Notes under the pieces: generated by a model
The model's database searches: none
Told to the model about the DNA's origin: nothing
Seen by the model: the letters and a program-made list of their open reading frames with translations, nothing else
Shown: positions 39,190-49,912 of the stretch, one piece after another
Layout: each line of letters opens with the position of its first letter
Numbering within the stretch: position 1 is the first letter of the stretch
Position numbers and translations under genes: made by a program
Source: Bacteroidota bacterium
GTDB lineage: Bacteria; Bacteroidota; Bacteroidia; AKYH767-A; 2013-40CM-41-45
NCBI GenBank assembly: GCA_031385005.1
Contig: JANNBB010000034.1
Location: 1,026 to 65,025, forward strand
Direction: 5' to 3'
Length of the DNA: 64,000 nucleotides

Positions 39190-40710
39190 TCACTTCTTTG
39201 TCCTGTATAAATAACTTGTAAAATTTGCATTGTGCTTATTTAAAAAATGCATCACTCTGTCGATAAAACCGGGTTCAATCGTAGCTTCATAGGTTAAATC
39301 AGGAAATAATCTTTTCATGTTTTGAATACGCGCATCCATATTTTCGGGCTGATTGAAAACAATGTAATTAGGAATTAACTCCGGTGGTGAATTTCGAATA
39401 CGTACTGCCATAGAATCAACAGTAAAAACGGAGGTGACGAAATAATCGCTTTTCCATTGTTTAAGGTAAAAATGCGGAATTACCGTATAATAGCTATGGT
39501 TAGATTCTTCCACCATAACATTGTTTACGTCCGGTTTTTTCGAAAGATAAACCATAGACTCCACTCTATTTCGATGTGAATAGGCGGCTGAAACAAAAAT
39601 CAAGGGAATAGTATTTAATGAAAAGAAAACGATCCAACATGTACGATAAAATTTAGCATGTCGATCCAAAAATTTAGTCTCAACCATGAAATTACACCAA
39701 CCTATGCAACCAAGTATTACTATAAACGGAATAGCAGGAAGAATGAAACGTTCTTGTTTATTGGGGAAGGAAGAATGAAAAATAAAAAACAAAAATGCAG
39801 GAAGGAATAAAAGTAAATGCTTTTTCCAGCTTCTCAAAAATCCGAAGATAATTAATAAGCTGATGGGCGGAACGAGTATCCCTCCGATTAGCAAGGTATA
39901 CGTGTACCAAGGCAAGTTTGGATATTCCTTTGAATTTTCTAGATTGTAACGAACATATTCCATCAATTCGACAAATGGTTTTTTCCAAATCAACATATCT
40001 GTCGTGGACTGAATGAGAATCAAACCGGCTAAAAATCCTAAACATACCCAAATTGTTTCGCGCCATTTTTTCAGAATTAAGAGCGCCAATCCAAAACCAC
40101 CTATGAAAATGGATGTCTGAAATCGTGTACTGAATGCAATGCTGAACATGATTCCTGCTAAAACAAAAGGCCATATTTTATTCTTGTTCTCCTCTTTTAT
40201 GACAATCCAGGTCGCTATTATTAAAGCGGGTATGCAAGCGAATTCAACAAGGTTTCGAACGCTCATCATAGGCATAAAAAACAAGCAGGCAAGTAACAAA
40301 CCGGCCATCCTTGCTGCTTGAATTCCACTTTTACGTTCTGCGATATTAAAACCCAGATAAACAATGATCATGGACCAACATGCATGAAAAAACCGCACGA
40401 TGTACATCTTACTTTGCGGGTCGTCCATCCCTAAAAACTGCAATACACTAAATAGAATGTAATGTAATCCGGGATACAATAAACTATGTCCTGACGGCTT
40501 GTCCAAATTAGAAGAAGTAGGCAACCAATTATTATAATCTTTATTGTCAACCCAGCTTTGAGCAATTTCAATGACAATAAAATGATCGTCGTGCATTCCA
40601 TAACCTTTAGAAAATATAACAGCAATAAGGCGGAAAATTGCCGCAATAAACAAAATAATTACCAAGGGCTTTTCTTCCCAATATTTTTCAATAGTCTTCA
40701 AATGATTCAC
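39190..40710 (-). CDS. GT-C fold membrane glycosyltransferase (Alg9/PIG-B-like)
   Basis: MHDDH luminal loop, RFQT, NKQERFILP motif, many TM segments. Confidence 0.75.
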   Translation of the reverse strand: MNHLKTIEKYWEEKPLVIILFIAAIFRLIAVIFSKGYGMHDDHFIVIEIAQSWVDNKDYNNWLPTSSNLDKPSGHSLLYPGLHYILFSVLQFLGMDDPQSKMYIVRFFHACWSMIIVYLGFNIAERKSGIQAARMAGLLLACLFFMPMMSVRNLVEFACIPALIIATWIVIKEENKNKIWPFVLAGIMFSIAFSTRFQTSIFIGGFGLALLILKKWRETIWVCLGFLAGLILIQSTTDMLIWKKPFVELMEYVRYNLENSKEYPNLPWYTYTLLIGGILVPPISLLIIFGFLRSWKKHLLLFLPAFLFFIFHSSFPNKQERFILPAIPFIVILGCIGWCNFMVETKFLDRHAKFYRTCWIVFFSLNTIPLIFVSAAYSHRNRVESMVYLSKKPDVNNVMVEESNHSYYTVIPHFYLKQWKSDYFVTSVFTVDSMAVRIRNSPPELIPNYIVFNQPENMDARIQNMKRLFPDLTYEATIEPGFIDRVMHFLNKHNANFTSYLYRTKK

Positions 40711-40872
40711 GATTTATTATTCAACAAAGATGCTAAGAAAAATGAAATTAAAAATTTAGTGAGGAGAATACTTAAAAAAATAACTGAATGTCGAAAATAG
40801 CTTAAACTATATTACCCAATAAACATCCAAGGCAATGCGAAAAATAATTATTGAAAAAGTTAAAATATTGAG

Positions 40873-42954
40873 CTAAACAGCCAATTCATTTAACACCTTA
40901 TTAATTTTCTTAAACAGGGTTTCCGGCTCAAATGGTTTGGAGATATATTCATTCATGCCATCCTGAAAACAAGATTCAATCTCCTTAACGGATGCATGGG
41001 CAGTCATTGCAATTATTGGAATATAGCGCAAAGATTCTTCCAATTCATTACGAATAATTTTTGTGGCCGTATGTCCATCCATTTCCGGCATTTGAATATC
41101 CATTAATACCAAATCATATTTATTCGTTTTCAATTTTTCGATTGCTACTTTACCATTTTCTGCAACATCCGTAATAATGGATGCACTCCAATCTTGTAAA
41201 GTATCAATAGCGACCATTTGATTAAAAGGATTATCTTCAACTATCAATATGCGCATTCCTTCACGCGCCACATGCAGCTCTGTAATTTCCCCTTTCGTTT
41301 TAGAATCCTTTGCCTTCTCATTATAAGGAAATAGTAAAGTAAAATAGAATTGAGAACCTTTCCCGACTTCAGATTGCAAGTGAATTTCGCCACCCTGAAT
41401 TTCCACAAGTTTTCTAGTGATTGCCAGTCCTAATCCCGTCCCGCCGTGAATTCGCGTAAACGAACTGTTAACCTGTACGAAAGGTTGAAATACTTCTTCC
41501 TGCTTTTCTTTTGGAATACCTGCACCTGTATCTGAAACAGTAAATTTTACCACTGCTGAATTTGGATTTAATGTAATTAATTTGGCCTCTACATTAACTT
41601 CTCCGGTTGTAGTAAATTTGATACTGTTTGAAATGAGGTTTAACAGTGCTTGTCCGAGTTTCTCCGGATGGCCAATAACTGCATCCGGCACTTCCGAACC
41701 AATTTTTGTTAATAGTTTTAATCCCTTTTCAGTAGCAGTAAGTTCGAGTGATCGCGCCGAATCTTCGATGACTTGTTTGATATTGAATTCAGTTGTACGT
41801 TTGTCAAAATTGCCGGATTCGATTTGAGTAAAATCAAGAATATTATCTACCAACTGAAATAAATTAGACGAATTCAGATTGATTGTCTGAATGTACTCGA
41901 GCTCTTTGCCGCGTAACACACCTTTTTTTAACAACAAGCCGGAGAGACCAATTATGGCATTCAAAGGTGTGCGGATTTCGTGACTCATATTGGCTAAAAA
42001 CTCTTCCTTCATCTGACCACTTCGTTCTGCAATTTCTTTTTCCTTTTGAAGGAGTAAATTTTTGTGGTAAAGCTCTTCTGCTAACTTTGATTCAGTAATA
42101 TTCCTGGCAGTTGCATAAAGCAAACCTGATTCAGGTTCGGGCTTTACATTCCAACTCAACCATATATAGTTACCATTAATTTGCCTGTACCTGTTTTCAA
42201 ATTGAATGGTTAATTCTCCTCTAGACAATTTCTCAACTTCTTTTAATGTTACTTCGACATCATCGGGATGAACGAACTCCAAAAATGGTTTTCCCAATAA
42301 TTCTTTCTCATTGTATCCGAGAACAGAAGAAAATGTAGAACTTATTTTTAAGAAGAAACCATTTACGTTTGCAATACACATAAAATCAAGCGTGAGATCA
42401 AAAAAACGTTGAAGAGTTTCTTTTGATTTTCTTAATTCATCGTTCTGTTTACGCATCAGGAGATGAGTAACAACTTCTTTCGCCAGCAACTCCAACGATT
42501 CTTTTTGTTCATCATCCAATATTCTTGGCTGTCTGTCGATGACACATAAAGTTCCCAATCGAAAACCATTTGGATCCTTTAATGGAGCACCGGCATAAAA
42601 GCGAATTCCATTCTTCGCTGTAACTAATGGGTTTTCGGCAAAGTCACTATTTTTAGTCGTATCAGGAACTTCATAAATAGATTCCTGCATGATGGTAAAC
42701 TGACAGATAGACATTTCACGAGGTAGTTCCTTTACTTCAAAACCTACCCTGGATTTAAACCATTGTCTCTTGTCGTCTATCAGACTTATTAATGCAATTG
42801 GAGTTCGACAGATGCGTGAAGCAAGAAGAGTAATTGAATCGAGGTCCTCATCCGGAAATGTATCCAATATGTTGTAACTCGATAAAGCCTGCAATCGTTC
42901 TATCTCGTTCTCAGGAACAGGAAATTTTTTTTTATCAGAAAAATCATTTTTCAT
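40873..42954 (-). CDS. Cytoplasmic hybrid sensor kinase GAF-PAS-HisKA-HATPase-REC
   Basis: FYAGAPL...GTLCVID (GAF), FVHPDD (PAS), FLANMSHEIRTPLN, NLISNSIKFT, GGTGLGL, LVLMDIQMPEMDG. Confidence 0.93.
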   Translation of the reverse strand: MKNDFSDKKKFPVPENEIERLQALSSYNILDTFPDEDLDSITLLASRICRTPIALISLIDDKRQWFKSRVGFEVKELPREMSICQFTIMQESIYEVPDTTKNSDFAENPLVTAKNGIRFYAGAPLKDPNGFRLGTLCVIDRQPRILDDEQKESLELLAKEVVTHLLMRKQNDELRKSKETLQRFFDLTLDFMCIANVNGFFLKISSTFSSVLGYNEKELLGKPFLEFVHPDDVEVTLKEVEKLSRGELTIQFENRYRQINGNYIWLSWNVKPEPESGLLYATARNITESKLAEELYHKNLLLQKEKEIAERSGQMKEEFLANMSHEIRTPLNAIIGLSGLLLKKGVLRGKELEYIQTINLNSSNLFQLVDNILDFTQIESGNFDKRTTEFNIKQVIEDSARSLELTATEKGLKLLTKIGSEVPDAVIGHPEKLGQALLNLISNSIKFTTTGEVNVEAKLITLNPNSAVVKFTVSDTGAGIPKEKQEEVFQPFVQVNSSFTRIHGGTGLGLAITRKLVEIQGGEIHLQSEVGKGSQFYFTLLFPYNEKAKDSKTKGEITELHVAREGMRILIVEDNPFNQMVAIDTLQDWSASIITDVAENGKVAIEKLKTNKYDLVLMDIQMPEMDGHTATKIIRNELEESLRYIPIIAMTAHASVKEIESCFQDGMNEYISKPFEPETLFKKINKVLNELAV

Positions 42955-43186
42955 ATCAATAAAAATAAACCGATGTTTACAAATTGAGTTATTTACTAAT
43001 TTGAAATTGTCCGATTTAATGGAAAACCACCTTCAATACATGAATAAAGTTATTAAATAAAACGAACTAAAAAAATAAATCAAATATAAAACTACCTGTT
43101 TCTTCCAAAATTGCAAGCCAATCAAGAGTTTACAGTGGAAATCTGGTTCGTTTTCCAACCCATTTCCGAGTTGAAATAAGGAAGAA

Positions 43187-44635
43187 TTATTCGATCAATA
43201 TCTTACTTGAAAATAATTTAAAGTCATCGGTTTCAATAGTTATTATATAAATTCCTTTAATCATTTCATCTTTTAATGGAAGTAGCAATCGCTCTTCTGT
43301 CCGATTTAACTGATTACCTGCAAACTCTATCAATTTACGGCCTTGCAAATCGTAAATTTTAATTTTACTGATATCAGTATTAAAAAGCCGGGAAAATTTA
43401 ATAACTAATTCATTTCCATGTTGCCAAACAAAGAAATCATTCGTTGCATTGACTAAAGGATTTAAAATGGAGGAAGTAAAATCTCTTGTAAAACGAAAAA
43501 CAGAAAACTGATCGCTTGCTGTATAGGAAAAACGACCTACCGTTAATATTTTACCGTCGTTTTGCAAAGCCATGTGGTAAATCCTGTCTGAACTTAATGA
43601 AGCAACAATTGAATCGTTACTTAAAAAAGTGCTGTCAGGACTACCATCCGGGTTTAATTGAACAAATCGGATTCCCAGAAAAGTTGTAAACGCAGCAAAT
43701 AAAGATTTTCCATTTGGTAAAATAACACCATCATAAAAACGAGTATCCTGCATGGGTGCGGCAAAATAGAATGTACTGTCCATTATACCGTTCGAATCTA
43801 ATCGTTGGATAATATTTTGATAAGGGCTATTCAAGTCAAAACTGCTACAAATAATTTTTCCATCCGGTTGAATAATACTAAAATTCGTTTGATTATTAAT
43901 AGTACTTCCCAAAGGGAAAACCCGTCCATTATTTCCAAAAGCCGCATCCACATTTCCTGCTGTATCCAATCTAACCAGTTCCGCCCTATCACCGGTTAGA
44001 TAACCGTTTAGGATTAAATTTTCATTTTGTTGTATAGTCGCTGAATTGATCAATAAGCTATCGACTACGACTGTACCGTTTATGCCAAAAGTAGAGTCGA
44101 TACTGCCATCTGAATTCAATCTGGCAATTCCTGTCGAACCCTGTCCGCAAATAATTATTTTTCCATTTGTCAAAACAAATAAGTTAACTGCAAGAGGATC
44201 AATAAATGTAAAACCAACATTAGCAAAAGTCGAATCGATTTTCCCGGTTGTTTCATAACGGGCAATGATGTTACCATTGGCAGTGCTTCCGGCCACAAGT
44301 ATTTTTTGATCGGGTTGTATTTTAACTGCCCATGCAGTGCTATAAGAGGCATTCGGAAAATTGGCCTGCGCATGAAAAGTAGTATCATTGGTTCCATCAG
44401 CATTTAACCTTTCTACCTTCCATATCAAAGTAGCAGTAAAATAAGTTGCATCGCCAACGAGTACAATTTTTCCGTCGTTCTGAATTGCAAGATCATAAGC
44501 CCCATCGTAACGCGCATTATAATAATATGATGCAAATCCAATTCCGTTAAAAGTTGAATCGAGATACATTGTTTGTGAAAACATATTTAAGGTTTTCAAG
44601 TTAAAAAGTAAAATGGTAAAAAGTATTTTTTTCAT
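43187..44635 (-). CDS. Secreted delta-60 repeat beta-propeller protein with atypical T9SS type A CTD
   Basis: Repeats of (I/L)Q(N/P)DGKI...RLxxDGxxDxTF; C-terminal KIYDLQGR...GIYII...KILIE. Confidence 0.82.
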   Translation of the reverse strand: MKKILFTILLFNLKTLNMFSQTMYLDSTFNGIGFASYYYNARYDGAYDLAIQNDGKIVLVGDATYFTATLIWKVERLNADGTNDTTFHAQANFPNASYSTAWAVKIQPDQKILVAGSTANGNIIARYETTGKIDSTFANVGFTFIDPLAVNLFVLTNGKIIICGQGSTGIARLNSDGSIDSTFGINGTVVVDSLLINSATIQQNENLILNGYLTGDRAELVRLDTAGNVDAAFGNNGRVFPLGSTINNQTNFSIIQPDGKIICSSFDLNSPYQNIIQRLDSNGIMDSTFYFAAPMQDTRFYDGVILPNGKSLFAAFTTFLGIRFVQLNPDGSPDSTFLSNDSIVASLSSDRIYHMALQNDGKILTVGRFSYTASDQFSVFRFTRDFTSSILNPLVNATNDFFVWQHGNELVIKFSRLFNTDISKIKIYDLQGRKLIEFAGNQLNRTEERLLLPLKDEMIKGIYIITIETDDFKLFSSKILIE

Positions 44636-45336
44636 GTCTTTTAAATTTAATCAACAAGGTATTAAAAATAAATATAAATGCTATTTAAATACATTTCCAA
44701 GAAATTGGAATAGGAAAATATTTACACATAATAATTCACAGGCATTGACAATCAGTAAAAGGTATCAAAATAAAAAATACATGTTTAGTGAGTCAAACTG
44801 TATGATTTTTCATTTTTTATTTACTTCAGAAAGATTAGTTATTGGTATCCAAATAAAAATTGGCGAAATATTAAATAATGGCGACAAAAACATGTAAATA
44901 AAGATATTAAAAAGTGTAATATATGATACCGTTTCCGATTATATTTTTTTTACAAAAAAATAAATATTTAAAATTTATCAAAATAGAAATCAATTCTTAC
45001 AAATAGAAAAAAATCAAAATAAAGAAAACAACCGTTTTCGATTAAATTAATATCAAGTATTTTATCACTAATTTTTAAAAAAATGAAGTTTTTTAACAAG
45101 AATGAAAATTAATTTTTCTAGTCATTAAAAAGAAAAGTAAATTCTAATAACAAATCAGTCTATCTCTTACAATTGAAAGTATAACAATTAAACTATGTCA
45201 CTATCCCTATGAAATTAATGTATAATGAACTAAATGAGATCATTAAATACTATTGAATTAATTTTTTTGAGAATTTCAATTACACTAAAATTAATAAATA
45301 TTTTCAGGTCATTTCTGTCAAAATAAAAAGTCATTT

Positions 45337-46338
45337 GTGAAGCGGTTGAAATTTCTTTTCTGTTTGTTCATTTTTATTGGCTTCCGGCAATATTCAATTG
45401 CACAGGTAGGAATTGGAACAACTACGCCCAATTCATCTTCTATACTGGATCTTACAACAACTACACAAGGATTGTTAGTACCAAGAATGACACTTGCTCA
45501 AAAAACTGCCATTTCATCGCCTGCAACCGGTTTAATGATTTTTCAAACGGATGGTGCCTCGGGATTTTGGTTTTATACCGGTTCGGCCTGGATTCCTGCA
45601 CTTGCTAATAACAATGGATGGACAACGACAGGTAATTCCGGTACAACAGCAGGTACAAATTTCATAGGTACAACAGATGCAACAGATGTAGTCATAAAAT
45701 CAAACAATACAGAAATTTACAGAGCTACATCGACAGGTCGATTAGGCGTAGGTACTACATCACCAACGGCAATTCTGCATTTAAAAGCCGGCACAACTGC
45801 TGCTTCATCCGCTCCACTAAAATTCACCGCAGGCTCGAATCTCACCACACCGGAGAATGGCGCAGTTGAATATGATGGAACACACCTTTATATCACCATC
45901 GGTGGGACGCGCTATCAATTGGATCAGCAAAATACGCTAAAAGCAACTTATCAGGGAACTCCTGCAGATCCTTCAAGTACTACAAATTCAACAGGAGTTA
46001 TGATGGGGTTAGCCGGATCAATTACACCTACGATTTCCGGAAAAGTAATGATAACAATTTCCGGTGACATGAAAAATGGGACCAATAATGGAAATTCTGT
46101 AACGCATATCAGATATGGTACAGGCAGCTCTCCAACGAATGGAAATGCGCTAACCGGCACTGTGGCAGGCGCTTTAGTCAACATGACTGCTGCGTCAGTA
46201 AATCAACGTGTTCCATTCAGTTGCAATGCTATAGTAACATTAACAGTAGGCACCACTTACTGGATCGATTTGGGTTTAAAAGCTGCTAGCGGAACTGCCT
46301 TTGTCCAAAATATCAGCATATCCGTTGTTGAACTTTAA
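45337..46338 (+). CDS. Exported Thr/Gly-rich protein with GIGTTTP repeats
   Basis: Signal peptide, AQVGIGTTTP...GLLVPRMT, NSGTTAGTNFIGTTD, LGVGTTSP; no T9SS CTD recognised. Confidence 0.75.
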   Translation: MKRLKFLFCLFIFIGFRQYSIAQVGIGTTTPNSSSILDLTTTTQGLLVPRMTLAQKTAISSPATGLMIFQTDGASGFWFYTGSAWIPALANNNGWTTTGNSGTTAGTNFIGTTDATDVVIKSNNTEIYRATSTGRLGVGTTSPTAILHLKAGTTAASSAPLKFTAGSNLTTPENGAVEYDGTHLYITIGGTRYQLDQQNTLKATYQGTPADPSSTTNSTGVMMGLAGSITPTISGKVMITISGDMKNGTNNGNSVTHIRYGTGSSPTNGNALTGTVAGALVNMTAASVNQRVPFSCNAIVTLTVGTTYWIDLGLKAASGTAFVQNISISVVEL

Positions 46339-46439
46339 CTTTTGCTTTAAAAAATATTTTTTTCATCTTAATATAAATATTTTCAATACTATTCAGTAGT
46401 AGGTATTCAAATTTAAGTTATTAAATTTTTGATCGAGCG

Positions 46440-46463
46440 TTAAATAGTTTGAGAACTATTTAA
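46440..46463. promoter_or_regulatory. Inverted repeat upstream of moaA; candidate operator
   Basis: TTAAATAGTT-TGAG-AACTATTTAA, perfect 10-bp arms. Confidence 0.4.
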
Positions 46464-46546
46464 AACCTGCTCAGTTTTTCCCTACATTTATCCGATGATG
46501 AACTAAATGAATCACATTTAGTCCATTCAATAATTATTTTATCAAA

Positions 46547-47527
46547 ATGCTTTACGACAATTTCGGACGAGTACACGATTACTTGCGAATTTCGCTTACT
46601 GACGTTTGTAATTTCAGGTGTCAGTATTGTATGCCGGATGAAAACATACAGTTTCTACCCTCATCGAGACTCATGCAGGCCGGGGAAATTGACACATTGG
46701 CAAAAGCGTTTGTAAAACTGGGAGTGAAAAAAATCCGACTTACAGGTGGTGAACCCCTGGCCAGAAAAGATGTCCCGGAAATCATCCTTGAACTCTCCAA
46801 ATACCCAATAGAACTTACGCTAACAACCAATGGTTTTTACATTAAAGAATTACTACCTACTCTTCAAAAAGCAGGTATAACTTCTATCAATGTGAGTCTG
46901 GATACGCTGAATAAAGAAAAATTCTTCACCATCACCAAACGTCATGCCTTCGAAATTGTATGGAGCAATATTCAACTATTACTAGACGCCGGACTTCATG
47001 TTAAAATAAACACTGTTCTGATGCATGGAATAAACGACGATGAAATTTTAGATTTTATCGCCTGGACAAAAAATCAACCTATACATATTCGATTTATTGA
47101 ATTCATGCCTTTTCAAGGTAATAAATGGGATGAAAAAAAAGTATTTAGCTATAACGAAATTCTAGACGTTGTATCTTCGAAATACAGTTTCCTTCAACTG
47201 AAAAATACCCTTCACGAAACAGCTAAAAAATTCAAACCCTATAATCATCAGGGTACGTTTGCGATAATTAGCACGATGAGTGCTCCTTTTTGTAATAATT
47301 GCAACAGAATGCGGCTCACTGCTGACGGCAAAATGAAGAATTGCCTGTTCTCTAAAGGTGAAGCTGATATTTTGGGAGCTCTTCGCAATGGTGAAGACAT
47401 TGAACCGCTTATCAAACAATGTATACTAAATAAAGCCGAAGCGCTTGGCGGACAGTTTAAGGGCGATTTTAGACAAATTGATGCAACCAAAATTTCTAAC
47501 CGCAGCATGATAAACATCGGTGGTTGA
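46547..47527 (+). CDS. moaA: GTP 3',8-cyclase (radical SAM)
   Basis: YLRISLTDVCNFRCQYC, RLTGGEP, RFIEFMP, CNNCNRMRLTADG...C, C-terminal IGG. Confidence 0.96.
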   Translation: MLYDNFGRVHDYLRISLTDVCNFRCQYCMPDENIQFLPSSRLMQAGEIDTLAKAFVKLGVKKIRLTGGEPLARKDVPEIILELSKYPIELTLTTNGFYIKELLPTLQKAGITSINVSLDTLNKEKFFTITKRHAFEIVWSNIQLLLDAGLHVKINTVLMHGINDDEILDFIAWTKNQPIHIRFIEFMPFQGNKWDEKKVFSYNEILDVVSSKYSFLQLKNTLHETAKKFKPYNHQGTFAIISTMSAPFCNNCNRMRLTADGKMKNCLFSKGEADILGALRNGEDIEPLIKQCILNKAEALGGQFKGDFRQIDATKISNRSMINIGG

Positions 47528-47540
47528 TTTTTTTTAACCT

Positions 47541-47566
47541 TCGTTATTCCTTTTATGGCATATCGA
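47541..47566. promoter_or_regulatory. ModE-box candidate upstream of moeA
   Basis: tCGTTAT-N12-ATATCGa, one mismatch from the CGTTAT-N12-ATAACG core of the known ModE operator; a modE-like gene is in the cluster. Confidence 0.5.
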
Positions 47567-47573
47567 TAAATTA

Positions 47574-48752
47574 ATGAATATGATTACAGTAACCGAAGCA
47601 AGAAAAATAATAAACGAAAACTCACTTCAATCCAAAAAAGAAACCATCTCATTGAAGAAAGCAAACGGTTATGTTTTAGCTGAACCGACTCTTTCTGTAA
47701 TTGACACTCCCCCATTCCAACAATCAGCCATGGATGGCTACGCTATCTCTTTCGATGATTGGGATAAAAAAAACGAATTAAAAGTAATCGGTGAAATTCC
47801 GGCCGGCATTTCCTTCAACCAAAGATTAAAACCATTTGAAGCTGTGCGGATTTTTACCGGAGCCATGTTACCCCAGGGTACCGATACGGTTGTCATGCAG
47901 GAAAAAGTAGAAAAAGTAGAAAATACAATCACAATTAAAGATATCAATCTGCTACGTGGGCACAACGTTCGCTTAAAGGGATCGCAGTCGCGAAAAGATG
48001 ATGTCGCACTTGCAGCCGGACAATTATTAACTCCTTCCGGAATATCCTTTCTGGCGGGAGTTGGTGTAAATCAGGTAAGCGTGTATTCAAAACCAACCGT
48101 ATGCATCGTTGTAACAGGGAAAGAATTAACTCAACCCGGAGACATGCTTTCTGAAGGAAAAATTTATGAATCAAATTCTTTCGGATTAACAGCGGGTTTA
48201 AAACAATTAAACATTAATAATGTTTCCACTCAGACTATAGATGATAATGAAAATGAAATAATACATGCAGTGATGAGCCAATTGCAGAATGATTTCATCA
48301 TTCTAACCGGTGGAGTTTCTGTCGGGGACTATGATTTCGTTCATTCTGCTCTTGAAAAGTGTGGCGTGATAAAACTATTTCACCGTGTGAAGCAAAAACC
48401 GGGAAAACCAATTTACTTTGGCAAGATTAATAATACATTGGTTTTCGGACTTCCCGGAAATCCCGCCGCAGTAATGTGTTGCTTCTACGAATATGTAGTT
48501 CCTGCTATCTGCAACTTTACGCATAATGCAAAACCCCGGAAGATAAAATTTCAACTTGAAAATGATTTCACTAAAAAAACCGGACTCACCTTTTTTCTTA
48601 AAGGCAAATCAGGAGAAAATGGCGTAAGGATACTAAATAGTCAGGAAAGCTATCTGATGAATTCATTTGCACTAGCCGATTGTTTAATTGAATTAGAGGA
48701 AGAAAAAGAAATATATAAAAAAGGAGATTGGGTGAAAGTATTGATGCTTTAA
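47574..48752 (+). CDS. moeA: Molybdopterin molybdenumtransferase
   Basis: SAMDGYA, RIFTGA, TGGVSVGDYD, KPGKP, GLPGNP. Confidence 0.95.
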   Translation: MNMITVTEARKIINENSLQSKKETISLKKANGYVLAEPTLSVIDTPPFQQSAMDGYAISFDDWDKKNELKVIGEIPAGISFNQRLKPFEAVRIFTGAMLPQGTDTVVMQEKVEKVENTITIKDINLLRGHNVRLKGSQSRKDDVALAAGQLLTPSGISFLAGVGVNQVSVYSKPTVCIVVTGKELTQPGDMLSEGKIYESNSFGLTAGLKQLNINNVSTQTIDDNENEIIHAVMSQLQNDFIILTGGVSVGDYDFVHSALEKCGVIKLFHRVKQKPGKPIYFGKINNTLVFGLPGNPAAVMCCFYEYVVPAICNFTHNAKPRKIKFQLENDFTKKTGLTFFLKGKSGENGVRILNSQESYLMNSFALADCLIELEEEKEIYKKGDWVKVLML

Positions 48753-48843
48753 TATCAAATGTTAGCGTTTATACTTAATAATTCACCCACTCCATGCAAT
48801 AGTTTAAACGAGGATGTTTCATCAAAAATTAAACATTAAAATT

Positions 48844-49173
48844 ATGTCTTTAGAATTTAAAGCACATTTCTGGATTGAAAATCGTAAAGGCCAGGTTATT
48901 GGTCCGGGTAAGAAAAGATTATTGGAAGAAATCGAAAAAACTGGCTCAATTAAGTCAGCAGCGAAGGCCATGAAAATGTCATACCGACATGCCTGGGAAA
49001 TGACCAATACCATGAATAGAAATAATGCTAAGCCAGTAGTTGAAAAAGTAACGGGAGGAATAAAAGGAGGCGGAACACAACTAACTAAAGAAGGTAAGAA
49101 ACTGATTAAGGTATATGAAAAAGCATTTAAGCAATTTGAAGTATTTAAAATCCGCATAAACAAATCTCTCTAA
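48844..49173 (+). CDS. modE: ModE-like winged-helix regulator (N-terminal domain only)
   Basis: IGPGK...LL...TGSIKSAAKAMKMSYRHAW, GGIKGGGTQLT; no TOBE/mop domains. Confidence 0.8.
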   Translation: MSLEFKAHFWIENRKGQVIGPGKKRLLEEIEKTGSIKSAAKAMKMSYRHAWEMTNTMNRNNAKPVVEKVTGGIKGGGTQLTKEGKKLIKVYEKAFKQFEVFKIRINKSL

Positions 49174-49179
49174 ATACGA

Positions 49180-49911
49180 ATGACCATACAATATCTTTTT
49201 TATTTTTTAGTGTTTCTTGTTGCCTTTCTCTACTCTACCGTCGGGCATGGAGGAGCCAGTGGCTATCTGGCACTTATGGCTCTTTTTTCCTATTCTACGG
49301 AGTCGATGCGTTCGACTGCTTTGCTATTGAATATTGTTGTTTCCCTCCTTGCATTCATTCAATTTTATCGTGCAGGATATTTTCAATGGAAATTATTTAT
49401 TCCCTTTGCAATCACTTCTATCCCTGCGGCATTTGTGGGAGGATTAATAATCATGGATGCATCGTTATATAAACACATCTTAGCAATCTTGCTTATTTTT
49501 CCGGTTATTAAACTAATAGGAATTATTCCGCAAAGAGAAAATATAGAAAAACCATTAAATATTTATGCGGCCTTGACAATTGGTCTGTTCATCGGTTTTA
49601 TTTCCGGTATAATTGGAATTGGGGGAGGAATTATTCTTAGTCCTGTTATATTACTCATGCATTGGGCCAACATGAAGCAAACGGCTGCCGTTTCATCTTT
49701 ATTTATTTTGGTCAATTCTCTGGCGGGATTAGCCGGCATTTTTATCAACCAATTCCATTTTGAAAGTGAAATGCAATTGCTCCTTTTATTAGCATTAGCA
49801 GGAGGATTGTCGGGCGCATACCTGGGTGCTATGAAATTCAATATTCCATTTCTACGAAAATTGTTGGCTGTGGTTTTACTAATCGCTTCCATAAAATTAA
49901 TCAGCACCTGA
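49180..49911 (+). CDS. TauE/SafE (TSUP) family anion transporter
   Basis: YSTVGHGGASGY, SGIIGIGGGIILSP; about eight TM segments. Confidence 0.87.
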   Translation: MTIQYLFYFLVFLVAFLYSTVGHGGASGYLALMALFSYSTESMRSTALLLNIVVSLLAFIQFYRAGYFQWKLFIPFAITSIPAAFVGGLIIMDASLYKHILAILLIFPVIKLIGIIPQRENIEKPLNIYAALTIGLFIGFISGIIGIGGGIILSPVILLMHWANMKQTAAVSSLFILVNSLAGLAGIFINQFHFESEMQLLLLLALAGGLSGAYLGAMKFNIPFLRKLLAVVLLIASIKLIST

Positions 49912-49912
49912 A

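Noticed and set aside
44636-45336. 700-nt very AT-rich gap and ORF 44613-44897 as a gene or replication origin
   Set aside because: The ORF has low-complexity AT-driven composition and overlaps the opposite gene start; no DnaA-box cluster or iterons seen. Probably divergent promoter DNA.
46339-46546. Moco riboswitch upstream of moaA
   Set aside because: Region is very AT-rich without the multi-stem GC-rich structure; only one simple inverted repeat.
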